This document shows positions 11,352-21,873 of a DNA stretch of 26,405 bases, one piece after another. Source of the stretch: Bugula neritina (Eukaryota > Animalia > Bryozoa); assembly GCA_964035545.1 (NCBI GenBank), contig CAXIUT010000050.1:1-26405 (forward strand), read 5' to 3'. Position numbers and translations under genes: made by a program. The first letter of the stretch is position 1; every line of letters starts with the position of its first letter. Under the pieces are notes generated by a model. It worked only from the letters and a program-made list of their open reading frames with translations. It was not told the DNA's origin and made no database searches.

Positions 11352-12264
11352 ATGAAGGATAAGAAATAGCAATAAATGAAAAATGATATTCGCATCTACC
11401 TGGCAAAAAAAGATTACTATGACATCCTAGGAATAGGAAAAACAGCCTCAGAAACTTAAATCAAAAAAGCTTACCGCAATCTAGCACTTCGCTTCCACCC
11501 AGATAAAAATCAATTCTAAGGTACCTTATCCTCTATTCAGGAGCAAAATAAGTCTTCAAAAAAGTATCCAATGCATACAGTATCTTGAGTGATTCAGATA
11601 AGCGAAGGCATTATGATCAATTTGGACCTTAAGAAGATCGTCCACAACCTCAGTATCAACGAGCAGGTCGAGCAGAAGATTACTAGTTCTAACAATTTGA
11701 CGATTTATTTCAAGCCTTTTTCGGAGGAGTACCACTTAACAGAAGAGGTGGAAACATGCGTTTTAGGGCGTACTTTTTTTTATATTTAGCCACTTCAACA
11801 ACTAACCACGTCAAAATCAACAACAACAAGCAGGATTCAACTTCTATTACATCTTTGTCATCTTCTTTGTTATCTACACTATCTTACCTCTCTTTCAAAG
11901 CTCTCCAAACTACTCCTCAACTCCTTCCTACGAACACAGAATACGTAGAACTACTCCTAAATTAAATGTTGAGTACTACGTCAATCAAAAGTTTATGGAA
12001 GATGCGAGGAAACCAGAGTACCGTCGAAAAGCCTAGATGGAAATGGATAAATAATTTTTGGTAGGTTTGTAACAAAAATGTTAGCATATGAAAAGTCAAA
12101 AACGGAATTTATAGATGTACGCTTACCAGCACAGAGAGGGCAGACAGAGACAAAGCTATCTTGCTAGAGCTAAAAATATTGATCTCACAGCTTGCAGAAT
12201 GTTAAATCAAATATCTCAAAACCATGAAGATTACATTAGATAGCTTACTTATATGCGATATTGA
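11352..12264 (+). CDS. ER-membrane J-domain co-chaperone, DNAJB12/14-like (introns 11521-11540, 11770-11789)
   Basis: DYYDILG..EIKKAYRNLALRFHPDKN..FKKVSNAYSILSD..YDQFG, a G/F region, one TM segment, and a DUF1977-like tail (RRTTPKLNVEYYV, two Cys). Confidence 0.93.
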
Positions 12265-12292
12265 TCTTAATGTTATCATATCAAAGCTTATT

Positions 12293-12725
12293 TCATCCAA
12301 AAAACTAATCTTCACTTATCATCTATTATTCCACCCTCTAAAATATTTTAGCAGCAATCTAAGGCTATTTCTTCTCGTAATATTTATATTTTCTAAGGAT
12401 CTGGGTTCGATTTTTTTTCATCAACGTGGCAATCAAAGAAAAATCACTTCCATAAGTTTTCAATAGACCTATAAATTATTTTTCTTATGCTTTTGAGAAA
12501 GTTGGTGTTTTAGTCTTTTTTATTTTTATTTTTTGCTTTTGTTGATGGAGTGAATGTTCGATTGTGATACAATTGGCGATGTGTTCAAGAGTTTTTTAGG
12601 AAGTTTGATAGCTCTGAATAGATATGGAGTTGTCAAGATGGCTATCTACGCCACCGACACTACATGTCGTTGATCAGAATTGGGTACTTTTAAGAGTGAT
12701 CTGAAGTATGGCTATGTTATTCCAT
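12293..12725 (-). CDS. Small SANT/Myb-domain protein, Bdp1 (TFIIIB B'')-like (inferred intron 12660-12687)
   Basis: FSKAEEKEFIGLLKTYGSDFSLIATLMKKNRTQILRKYKYYEKK resembles the Bdp1 SANT domain. The 5' exon structure is inferred. Confidence 0.7.
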
Positions 12726-13039
12726 GAATAAAAATTAATAATATAAAAGAAACTGAGAGTATTGAAGATGATGATAAATGATAATTTGATAAAATGATAT
12801 CAAAAGGCGAATCTGAGTATCTTATAGTGATAGATAAATCTTTGAATTTATCTTATCATTGATTTCTAAAATATTGATGTGATATAGATGTTGATTTGAC
12901 AACAAAATATGAAATATTGGTTTTGAATCTGATTAAAGTTATCTTCTTAAGAAGTATTATTCAGGAACATCAGAATTGATAGGATAATGATTTATTTATA
13001 TCATATCTAATTAAAGTCATTATAATCAAAAGAGATATC

Positions 13040-14956
13040 ATGGCTAGAACCAAACAAACTGCTCGTTTGTGTGCACAAGTAATTGCAAGGAGGAGTGCTC
13101 CCCTCACTACTGGAGTTAAAAAGCCTCAAGCTAAAAGAAAAAAAGGTAAAGGAAGAGCTAGGTCAGTTTCATCATCATCTTCTGAATCTGCTATTGATGT
13201 GACTCGTCAACAATTCAGTCTCAAGTTTGACAACCAACCTGAATGTTAAAAGAAAGCTATCAAACAAGCCCTCTTTGAGTGTAAAACTTGCAAAGCCTAT
13301 TTAAACTGTCATAGTTAACTCCAGAAAATAGAAGATAAGGCTCCACTTGAAATCAAAAGATCTCGTTCAAAAGGAGAAATGAGTGACGAGAAAAAACAAG
13401 AGATTAAAGCTCATGAATCCTGCCTCTGGGTTTGTTAATATTGTGATACTAAAAATGAAGTACCAAAAAATATTGATATTCCCAAAGAAGAAAACCCCTG
13501 CTACTTTGTAGAGAAGGCGAATAAAGGAAAGATAAAAGGTGGAAAAGAATAGAAAGGATAAAAAACTATTTTCTATGTGATTGATATTAGTGGAAGCATG
13601 GATACTCTATTCGAAGGAAAGTCAAGATTGTAGGCAGTGAAGTAAGCTATCAGGGATTAGATAAAAAGGATGAAATTCTAAGGATAAAATGTTAAAGTAG
13701 GAATTATTACTTTTGGATCTGCTGTAACAATCAGATTAAACTCAAAAGATATACAAATGCCTCCTAATCTCTTCTATGGTTTCTAGCAACTTGCTAAGCA
13801 TGCTAGTGAACTCGGTGAAGTGACTCTTCCAGTTCAAACTCATCATAAATTCTTTGAAAAAATGCTTAAATAAATGACCACTTATGGATGCACAGCTTTA
13901 GGACCAGCCTTAGTTACCTCAATCGAACTTGCTGGACGTCAAAGAGGTTCAAAAATAATATTTTGTACAGATGGATAAGCTAATGTTGGCCTTCTTGGTC
14001 CTGACTTTTATACAAAAGCTGCAGCTTTTGCCAAAGATAAAGGAGTCATGGTTAGCATTTTGAGTATCAAGGGAGATAGATGCAATTTAAAATAATTGGG
14101 AAAGTTGACCCTATCTACTGGAGGAAGTATAATGAAAATTGATCCAAATTTACTAGGAAGTGAATTCAACAAAATATCAAAAGAAAATGTGTTTGGTACT
14201 GACAGTAACCTTAGAATAGTTGTAAACCACTTTTTTGAGATAGAAAATGCCCATCCTGAATAAATTTCAAAAGATAAAACTTTACTAACTCAAGATTTTG
14301 GGAATTTTACAGCTGACACATAGCTGACTTTTAATTTCAGAGTATTGACAAATGAAGAAGCAGCAAGAAAAGGTGTAAGCATGGAAATTATTAAAAAAAA
14401 GAGATTGCCTATGCAAGTACAACTAACATACACCAATCCAAATGGTTAAAGATATTTACAAGTAGTTAATGACCACAGAGAACTCACCTTAAATACCAAT
14501 GATTTACTGAATGATACTAACTTTCCTCTGTTTGCTGCTTCTACTTTGCAAAAAGTTAGTCAGCTGATTAAAGACTAAAACTTTGGACAGGCTGAAGCTT
14601 AGATTAGGAGATATAGAAGTATGGTTGATTAAACTTTTTCTAAAAAAGAGACCAAAGACTAACTTTTAAAATATAATGCAAGAATAGATAAAATAGAGAA
14701 GGTGCTAAACTCTAAAAAAGGTAAAAAAAATAGAAAAGGTGGTATTCTCAAGCAAAAAGGATCCTTAAAGAAGAAGAAAACAACTATGATAGCTAAACCA
14801 TCTATCCCTGCAAGAGGGCGAGGACGAGGACGAGGAAAAGTTTAAGCCTCCTAAAATGAATCAGAGTGTAGTGAGGACGAAGAAGATGAATAAATACTCA
14901 TGGAGAGTGACTCCTAAGAGCAAATTCTCTTCAAATAATTGCGTGCTCGTTCCTGA
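13040..14956 (+). CDS. Histone H3-tail-like N-terminus + Sec23/24-type Zn finger + vWA domain protein, 638 aa, intronless
   Basis: MARTKQTAR..ARRSAPLTTGVKKP, then CKTCKAYLN..WVCEYC, then MIDAS elements VIDISGSM, TALGPAL and IIFCTDGEANVG. The C-terminus has a basic patch, RGRGRGRG and an acidic tail. One frame runs to TGA 14954-14956. Confidence 0.9.
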
Positions 14957-15056
14957 CCTTCCAATGATGGTTTATAGATAGATATAAATAATTATTTTAT
15001 GAAATAGTTTCCGTCGATAAATTTTGATTGAAGTTTATCAAAGATTGTATATTATT

Positions 15057-16095
15057 ATGGCTTTTTACGATTTCACATCAACTCTACTAACAGTAATTGG
15101 ATATTCCGTGCTCGTGTATCGCATCATATTCGAGCTCTAGTCAGGAAAGATGAAAAAGAGTCGTCAGGAAAAACTTTGCACCAAATGGCTCATCTTCACT
15201 ATATTCCTAAAAATTGAATATTATATACTAGCAGTTGTATAAATCATTCCCTTTGGCACTCTAGTGATGTTGGTCTTCAAATTATTTTTGTTCCTTCCTG
15301 AAAATGCTGTATTTTTTATTTTAGTTAGATTTCTCATGAAATTTACAAACGTATTCAAAAACATTTGTAAAAAGTGCGCCTTGATGAATATAATTCTCAC
15401 TTCGGTATCGCCCTATCTTTTGTTTGTACTAATACTGTTGCCTTGATGATGAAACTAATTTGTAAAATAGCTGCATACATTGACTCCAAACATATCGAAT
15501 AAGTTGAAAAACATATTTTGGATATCATAAAAACTCTATAGTACAAAAAAGCAGCAATCAACATGCGTCATCAAGCCGTAGCTTCAGAAGTCAATAGAGA
15601 ACTGAATAATTCTGAGTTCAATACATCTGTTGATGAATAACCTTCTAACTAAAAGGGACTTATCGTTTAAAAAACAGAAATAGGAAATCATATGAGTAAG
15701 ATATTGGCAGAGTTCGATAATGAAGATGATACAGACTAAGAAGTTAAAATGAAAGGTATATTTAAGTTAATTCAGCTGAACAAATGATTATCAAACCTAA
15801 TAAAGAAAAGGGACAAAAAGCCAAATATGAAGAAGTAGATGTAGCTTATTTTATCAAAACATCTAAAATATCCTTCACCAACAAACATAAAGCAGTTGAA
15901 TCTAAATCACTAAAAGAAGTAAGATGGATAACTAAAAATATGATGAACCTAGAATTAATTTTCAGTACTATTGATTTTAATTTAGAGGAAGGAGGGTCCA
16001 AAATATTAAAAGTTAGAGATCCAGCGATGGTTGCTCGATGGGTAGAACCAGTTTGCTTGAACCTTCAGAAAATAAAGGAGTTTGTTAACATTTGA
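15057..16095 (+). CDS. TB2/DP1/HVA22 (REEP)-like membrane protein with possible C-terminal PH-like domain (introns 15309-15328, 15756-15775)
   Basis: IGYSVLVYR..KWLIFTIFLKIE..IIPF..FKLFLFLP follows the HVA22 pattern. The C-terminal beta-rich region ends in a helix containing W. Confidence 0.55.
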
Positions 16096-16151
16096 TTGAT
16101 AGTGATTCAAATTGGAAGCTATAATTATTGTTATTATTATTAGAAATCGTA

Positions 16152-16445
16152 ATGAAGGGCTACCAAAAAGAACAACTTTAGGAACAAGACCAGCACCTAG
16201 ATTAAATCAATGATATTGCCAAGAGACTTAAGTAACAGGGTAGGGAAATAAACTCAGAACTCACCAAGCAAGGACACTTAATCGAAGATCTTGATTAAGA
16301 CATGGACAGCACGATGAAGAAAATGAACTTTGTCCAACAAAAGTTAGGAAAGCTCCTGAAAACCAATGATATGGGACAAATTTGTACCATAGTTGTTCTC
16401 TTCCTCATATTAGTCGTCATGATCTTTCTGGTTATCTACACTTGA
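16152..16445 (+). CDS. Minimal Qc-SNARE (syntaxin-6/Tlg1/Bet1-type SNARE motif + TM), 97 aa
   Basis: EEQDQHLDEI..INSELTKQGHLIEDLDEDMD..KLGKLLK plus a C-terminal TM. The zero-layer Q is encoded by CAA. Confidence 0.88.
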
Positions 16446-16485
16446 ATGATAACATCATATATCTCATCATCATTTAAATAATCAG

Positions 16486-17721
16486 TCAGCTGGGGATCAG
16501 CACTTTGATTTTTCCACCTTCAACCAACTTACTCCTACGAATATCCACTGATTTCAAGTTTTTTACTTTCACAGATTCCCCATCTATCTGCATATAAGTG
16601 ATTTATTCCTCAGATGGACGGTTCATTTGAATCTAGAATGGACCAGTTCCCTGGGCTACTTTGGCTCCAAAAGGACTTACCCTTTAAATAGCCATCGCTA
16701 ATTAGTTTTTATAAGCAACAAATTAAACCATTCCATCGCTAGAAGACTGAGGTTTCCAATCATAGTTACTATTTTGAGTCGCAACTGAATGAGTAGTCCA
16801 GATTTTTCTTAACCCACACATATAACTGGTGCAGTTCATACAGACTAACCCTCTATACCCACTTTTGATTTTAATTTTGTTGAGTAAAGGATTATAATAT
16901 CTCACTTGATTTCTTTGATCACTTTCTAGTGTTTAATTATTACTATCAAATTATTCTCTTTCTTAGTGATATTCCATTTCTGAGGGTTCTTTATCTAGAA
17001 AAGCTGAAATTTTATGGTAGAGTTGTTTGAGAGGTTTGAAAAAATTGAGACAACCTACAAGACCATAAAGAATCTTATTAATACAGGCTGAATCTGTGCG
17101 ATGACGTTACATAGTATAGACTATTCTTCCATCAAGCCCTAATCCAATATAATTTGTAAATAGTTTGGAAATGGTTTGACTTTAATTTTGTTTTTCAATT
17201 CGATTAACTATATGATATATAGCCCCATTCTAGAATGTCTGAAGAGTAACTTACCAAATATCATAGTATTCAACGAAAGAACTTAACCATCTGTTTATTT
17301 GGGCTGAAAAATTATCGACAGTAATACTAAAAGATTAACTTTACCAACCCAGAGAGCGACAAAGATCATTTCCAGTTCCAATAGGTAGTATTCCAAAAAT
17401 AAGTTAAGATAATTTGATATTACGGATAGAAAGGTCATTAAGAACCCAGCTGATAGTTCCATCTCCTCCACAAATAATAACAAAAACTAACTTATTATTG
17501 TCCAGATCTAGAGACATCAACTCAAAACTATGCTACAAAGAAACACTGTCAAAGAGATCGATAAATGTCAATTATATTTTTTATGATACTCTATTTTGAA
17601 TGGTTGTTTGCTAGAGGGCTAATTATGTAACTTTTTTTCCTTATCCATCACCACTTTTAGTATTGACGAGAAAGTAAAAGTTTTTAGATTTAGATTGTTA
17701 TAAATTTATTTATTGCTGCAT
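16486..17721 (-). CDS. Diacylglycerol kinase (catalytic + accessory domain only), about 411 aa
   Basis: FLVNTKSG, IICGGDGTISWVL, IGTGNDLCRSLGW, DGMVEFV and MQIDGE. Confidence 0.93.
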
Positions 17722-17792
17722 TGATATTTCCTTATACTATGGGTTAATTATATTAGTAGTAATAATAATCCAACTATAATCATATTCATCTA

Positions 17793-19514
17793 TCATTGTG
17801 TAAACAGATTGGATATTCTCTCTGCCTTGCCTTTTGATAAAATCTCATAGGCTTACTTGAATTTCAGAACCATAAATGATTGTGAATCTAATTTCATTCT
17901 TCCCGGATTATGAGGTTTATCGAAAGGATCCTTGATAGTTAAAACAGTGTCTTTGTCGATTTAGCGATCCATACTTTGGTCCACAGTTATTATTCTTGTA
18001 CTTTCCTTTTCCTTCCAAATATCATAAGCATAGTACTTCATGAAACTTTAAAGAATCCTTAGATAATTCACTCTTTCAATAGTAGAAACATCTTCACTTT
18101 TTGTTTTAAAAGCATAGAAAACATCAAATTGCTATACTTCATTCTGTTTCATTCTTTTAAATTTGAAATGAGGTTCATCATTAGTACGAGTACGAGCATC
18201 TAAGATAGGTTTAACTTCTTTTGTCTTTATCAAAAAATGAATCAGCATAAGGATCATTGCATAAGAAGAAAGAGCATTTTTACCTATCAAATCAACTGAT
18301 TTCCCCCAAAGTTTAACCAAAATACCAAGATTTTTAACCCAACGAACTCCAGCATAAACCTTTAAAAACTTAGAGTTGATAACTCCGAGGATATTGTTGA
18401 TAATAAGATCGATTTTGATTTATTTTTTATAATTTTATCTAATTGTTATAGTAATCAAAGGAGTTCTAGCTGTAGCTATTAATTCAGGAATAACTCTACG
18501 ACTACCTGTTCTACGATCTCCTTCTTGATATTACTTTTTCAAAAACTAATATAGAATTCTCAAGAAATCATTTTCATTGACATAACTATTGGTTAAAATA
18601 GTAAGATCAAGATCTGCATCTAGGCCTGCAAATCCACTGATAAGTGAACCAAATTTACCCACATGTAGAACAATTTCTTTTTATTTTATGATATTAAGTC
18701 CACAAAACTTTTAAAGAGCTTTTTGAATGAGTTGAATTTCATTTTATAACCTCTGTTGAATATCTCTGTCATTTTGATAAAGGTTTTACTGAGCTATATT
18801 AACAAGCATCTTGTTTATTTCTATCTAAGAAGTATTTCTGCCTACATTGTTACCTAGATGCTTTTAAAGAGAACTAATAAGTGTTTGAGGTAACATAGAT
18901 GCCTTATTCTACCAAACACACCAATAGCTTTCTATTATAGAAGCTGTTTTCTGATTGACATTTGACTTCAGACAAAGCTCAAAAAACTTCACATATTACT
19001 TTTTGATTAGTTTCAAAGATTAATCACTGTCCATTTCTTCAATAATTTAAGTTGCTTTTTCGCTATCATATGAACAATATCGTGAGAGAAATTAAACTCT
19101 GAACTATTCAAGGCTATAAGCACTTTTGATGAAGGGAAGTTGATTGAGCCAGTCGTTGGAAGGAGAATTATAGATCTGCTTCATTTGTTTTTTCAAAAAA
19201 GAGAAGTCTCTAAAAGAGATGAAGCGAGCAGAATAGGACAAATCATTGATCTTTTCAACAAATTTAACTTTACTTCCAAACTCTTCTGAGTTTTCAAAGT
19301 CTTTTCTAATATCTTTGAAGTATTCTTTCAGACTTTAGCTGAATCTATTGTCAAATGTGATTTCCAATTTGAGATCAGTTTTGATTTAACTTTTAAACTA
19401 ATCCCATATCTATTCTTCTGTTTTGTTGCTCTTATAGCTCTTTTCAAGCTTGTTGATTATTTTCCTGTAGTGCTTGGAGACATCAGCAATAGTATCATTG
19501 ACTCTCATATTCAT
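17793..19514 (-). CDS. Cid1/TUT-family non-canonical ribonucleotidyltransferase (probable terminal uridylyltransferase)
   Basis: FGSLISGFAGLDADLDL, KIDLIINN, VKLWGK, LSSYAMILM and TIKDPFDKPHNPGR. Alternative in-frame ATGs lie at 19550 and 19508. Confidence 0.9.
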
Positions 19515-19567
19515 ATTAATAATAAATGCTTATTTTTACCGCTCAATCATGATAAAACAAAACTCTC

Positions 19568-20569
19568 TCAAATAAATGGTATTTCAAGAATGTTCTCTCC
19601 TTTTTCTTACTCAAATGCCCAAGGATTTTCCTTCAAAAATGTTTATATTGCTTGTTTTAATGCGTGGTTTGGATAAATCTTTCCAGAAACTTATTTCCTG
19701 GTGATTGGCTCAATTGGTCCCTTCAACTTATAGTGATTCTCTAAAACTCTTCTTTCATAAGTAAAGCCTTCTTCAGAAACTACTGGATCTTCCATAAGCA
19801 TCAATGTTATCTTACAAATCAAATAATCTGGAATCTATTTGGGTTATTTCAAAGACTCTAGTCGAATGTCTAACTTTTCCATGATCTAGAATGTCAATAG
19901 AGAAATACTTGATCGTATTTTTATTCGGTAACTTCTTTTTTATCGAATAATTTCTTTATTAATTACTTTTCTTCTTTTATTGATATTATTTAGCTTTCTA
20001 CTTCCTTGTAAAAAATAACCTTTTTCAATCTGAATATCTTTATTGAAATGTCTTCTTCATATTATCTGGTAGATTTAGTACGACATAATCTTAGAGCTTT
20101 ATCAAAGATATTTTACCTTTTTTGAGTCTATTTTAAGCTTTCTTTATTTTTGAAGTGTCTTTTTTGGCGAGTTCAGCAAGTATACATCCACAAATATAAT
20201 GAGCCTTGATGTTATTTTCATCAAGTTAGCAAGCAGCTTCTGCATCTTTAAGACCTTTTTATAATTATTTTTTCTTTTGATAACATTTTGACCGATTGGA
20301 ATAATATTGACTTTCTCCTGGGTTAATTTACTATTTTAATAAAGTTTTACTATTGCTTTACTATAAAATTAAATCGCCTCTTCATAATTACCTTTTTTGA
20401 AAGCTTCATTACCTTTTTGCTTCCAATAACTGCCTGAGTTTTAAGGTTGATCTTTGTACCGAGATTGATCATCTTATTAATAGCTTGGTTTTGGCTGATA
20501 TAGTCTGCTTTTAGTATTTTTGAAAAGTGGACTAAAACTATCCTCATTCTTTTCTTTACGATTTTTCAT
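19568..20569 (-). CDS. STUB1: TPR + U-box E3 ubiquitin ligase, CHIP-like (introns 19886-19908, 20097-20116, 20331-20350)
   Basis: WKQKGNEAF..YEEAIEFYSKAIEINP..YYSNRSKCY, then EIPDYLICKITLMLMEDPV..GFTYER..EPITR..PNHALKQAIETFLKENPWA. Confidence 0.9.
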
Positions 20570-20689
20570 CAATTTCAAATTATATATTTAAGATATAAAC
20601 GATTTATGTTTAACCTAATTAAACTTGACAATAATATCAAGAGAATAAGGAAATTTTCATATTTAAAGTATTAATGATAATTAAATCAC

Positions 20690-21130
20690 TCATAATTCTT
20701 CATCTTTTCCAAGGCTAAAGGTACTCTTGAACCATTATAATATCTGAGGGGCTGTTCTCATTCCTGAAGGAACTTTTCCCATATTTTCTTACCCCAAAAA
20801 CACAAATAATTTAGGATAACTCACCATATGAGTTGTATGATCAACAACAAACTTGTCAACCAATTCATCATTATTTTAATCAACATGTCCAACAGTTACT
20901 CCTAATTAAGCCAATAAAGGCGATAATTTCTCCATTTAAGGTTTAAGTTGTGTACAATGACCACACTATATTAACAAATGAAATACCCATGAAGCAGAAA
21001 ACATGACCAACCAAAACTTAGGCTCAGAGTATACCAAATCTTTAAAGTTATCATCCTTTAGTTCAACTACTCCTTCAATAGTTAGGCAGAGAGAAACTAA
21101 AGCCAAGAGGATTAGTGCTTTGTACAACAT
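20690..21130 (-). CDS. Single-domain PDI/thioredoxin with signal peptide and C-terminal DEEL (intron 20966-20986)
   Basis: Hydrophobic leader, VVELKDDNF, WLVMFSASW|CGHC, SYPKL and terminal KDEEL. Confidence 0.9.
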
Positions 21131-21201
21131 TTAATTATAAAATTTATGATATGTGTGATTTGATTTATTTTTGAAGATATTTGATTTACTAAGATATCTT
21201 G
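21131..21201. promoter_or_regulatory. 71-bp putative bidirectional promoter (PDI-like / SOD)
   Basis: AT-rich gap between two confident divergent start codons. Confidence 0.55.
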
Positions 21202-21821
21202 ATGAACTTCACTCTCCCCTAATTACCCTACCATAGAGATAGCTTCGGAAAGGTACTCTCAGCCGAAACCTTTGAATACCACTACGGTAAACATCATCAA
21301 ACCTACATCAACAACCTTAACTCACTTGTCAAAGGCACTGAATGGGAAAAACATACTCTCGACTAAATCGTCACCACGTATTTATCTTTTTATTCAGCTG
21401 CAAAGACCCCAAACTCTTCAACAATGCTGCTCAACATTGGAATCATACCTTTTATTGGAACTGCATTTCACCTGAAAAAAGTTAACCTGAAGGAAAACTC
21501 AAGGAACTCATTGTTTCTAAATGGGGAAGTGTTGAAGCTTTCTTGAAAGACTTCTCTGCCCAGGCAATCGCTAACTTTGGATCAGGATGGACTTGGCTTG
21601 CTAAAAACAAAGAAGATATTGCTATCTTCAATACTTCAAATGCAGGAAATCCTTTGACAAACAACTACCTTCCCTTACTCACTGTTGACGTCTGGGAGCA
21701 TGCATACTACATTGACTACAGAAACGCTCGTGCAACTTATCTTCAAAACTTCAATGACATCATTAACTGGAAGTTTGTGGGCAAAAACTATGAAAGCGAT
21801 AAAGTTCAGCTCAAGTTCTGA
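21202..21821 (+). CDS. Iron superoxide dismutase, SodB-like (intron 21378-21397)
   Basis: [30 protein letters not shown] (Fe-type AAQ), FGSGWTWL and [15 protein letters not shown]. Confidence 0.96.
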
Positions 21822-21873
21822 TCGTTCATCCGTATCATTATCAAATAATTTTTATACACTATTAAAGAAACAA

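Noticed and set aside
13040-13249. Histone H3 gene or pseudogene (the 69-aa ORF in the track)
   Set aside because: No histone fold follows. The TAA at 13247 is Glu and the frame continues to 14956 through Zn-finger and vWA domains.
497-14956. Functional linkage of ASF1 with the H3-tail protein
   Set aside because: They lie on different telomere-led segments that are probably joined artificially, and ASF1 binds the H3 fold rather than the tail.
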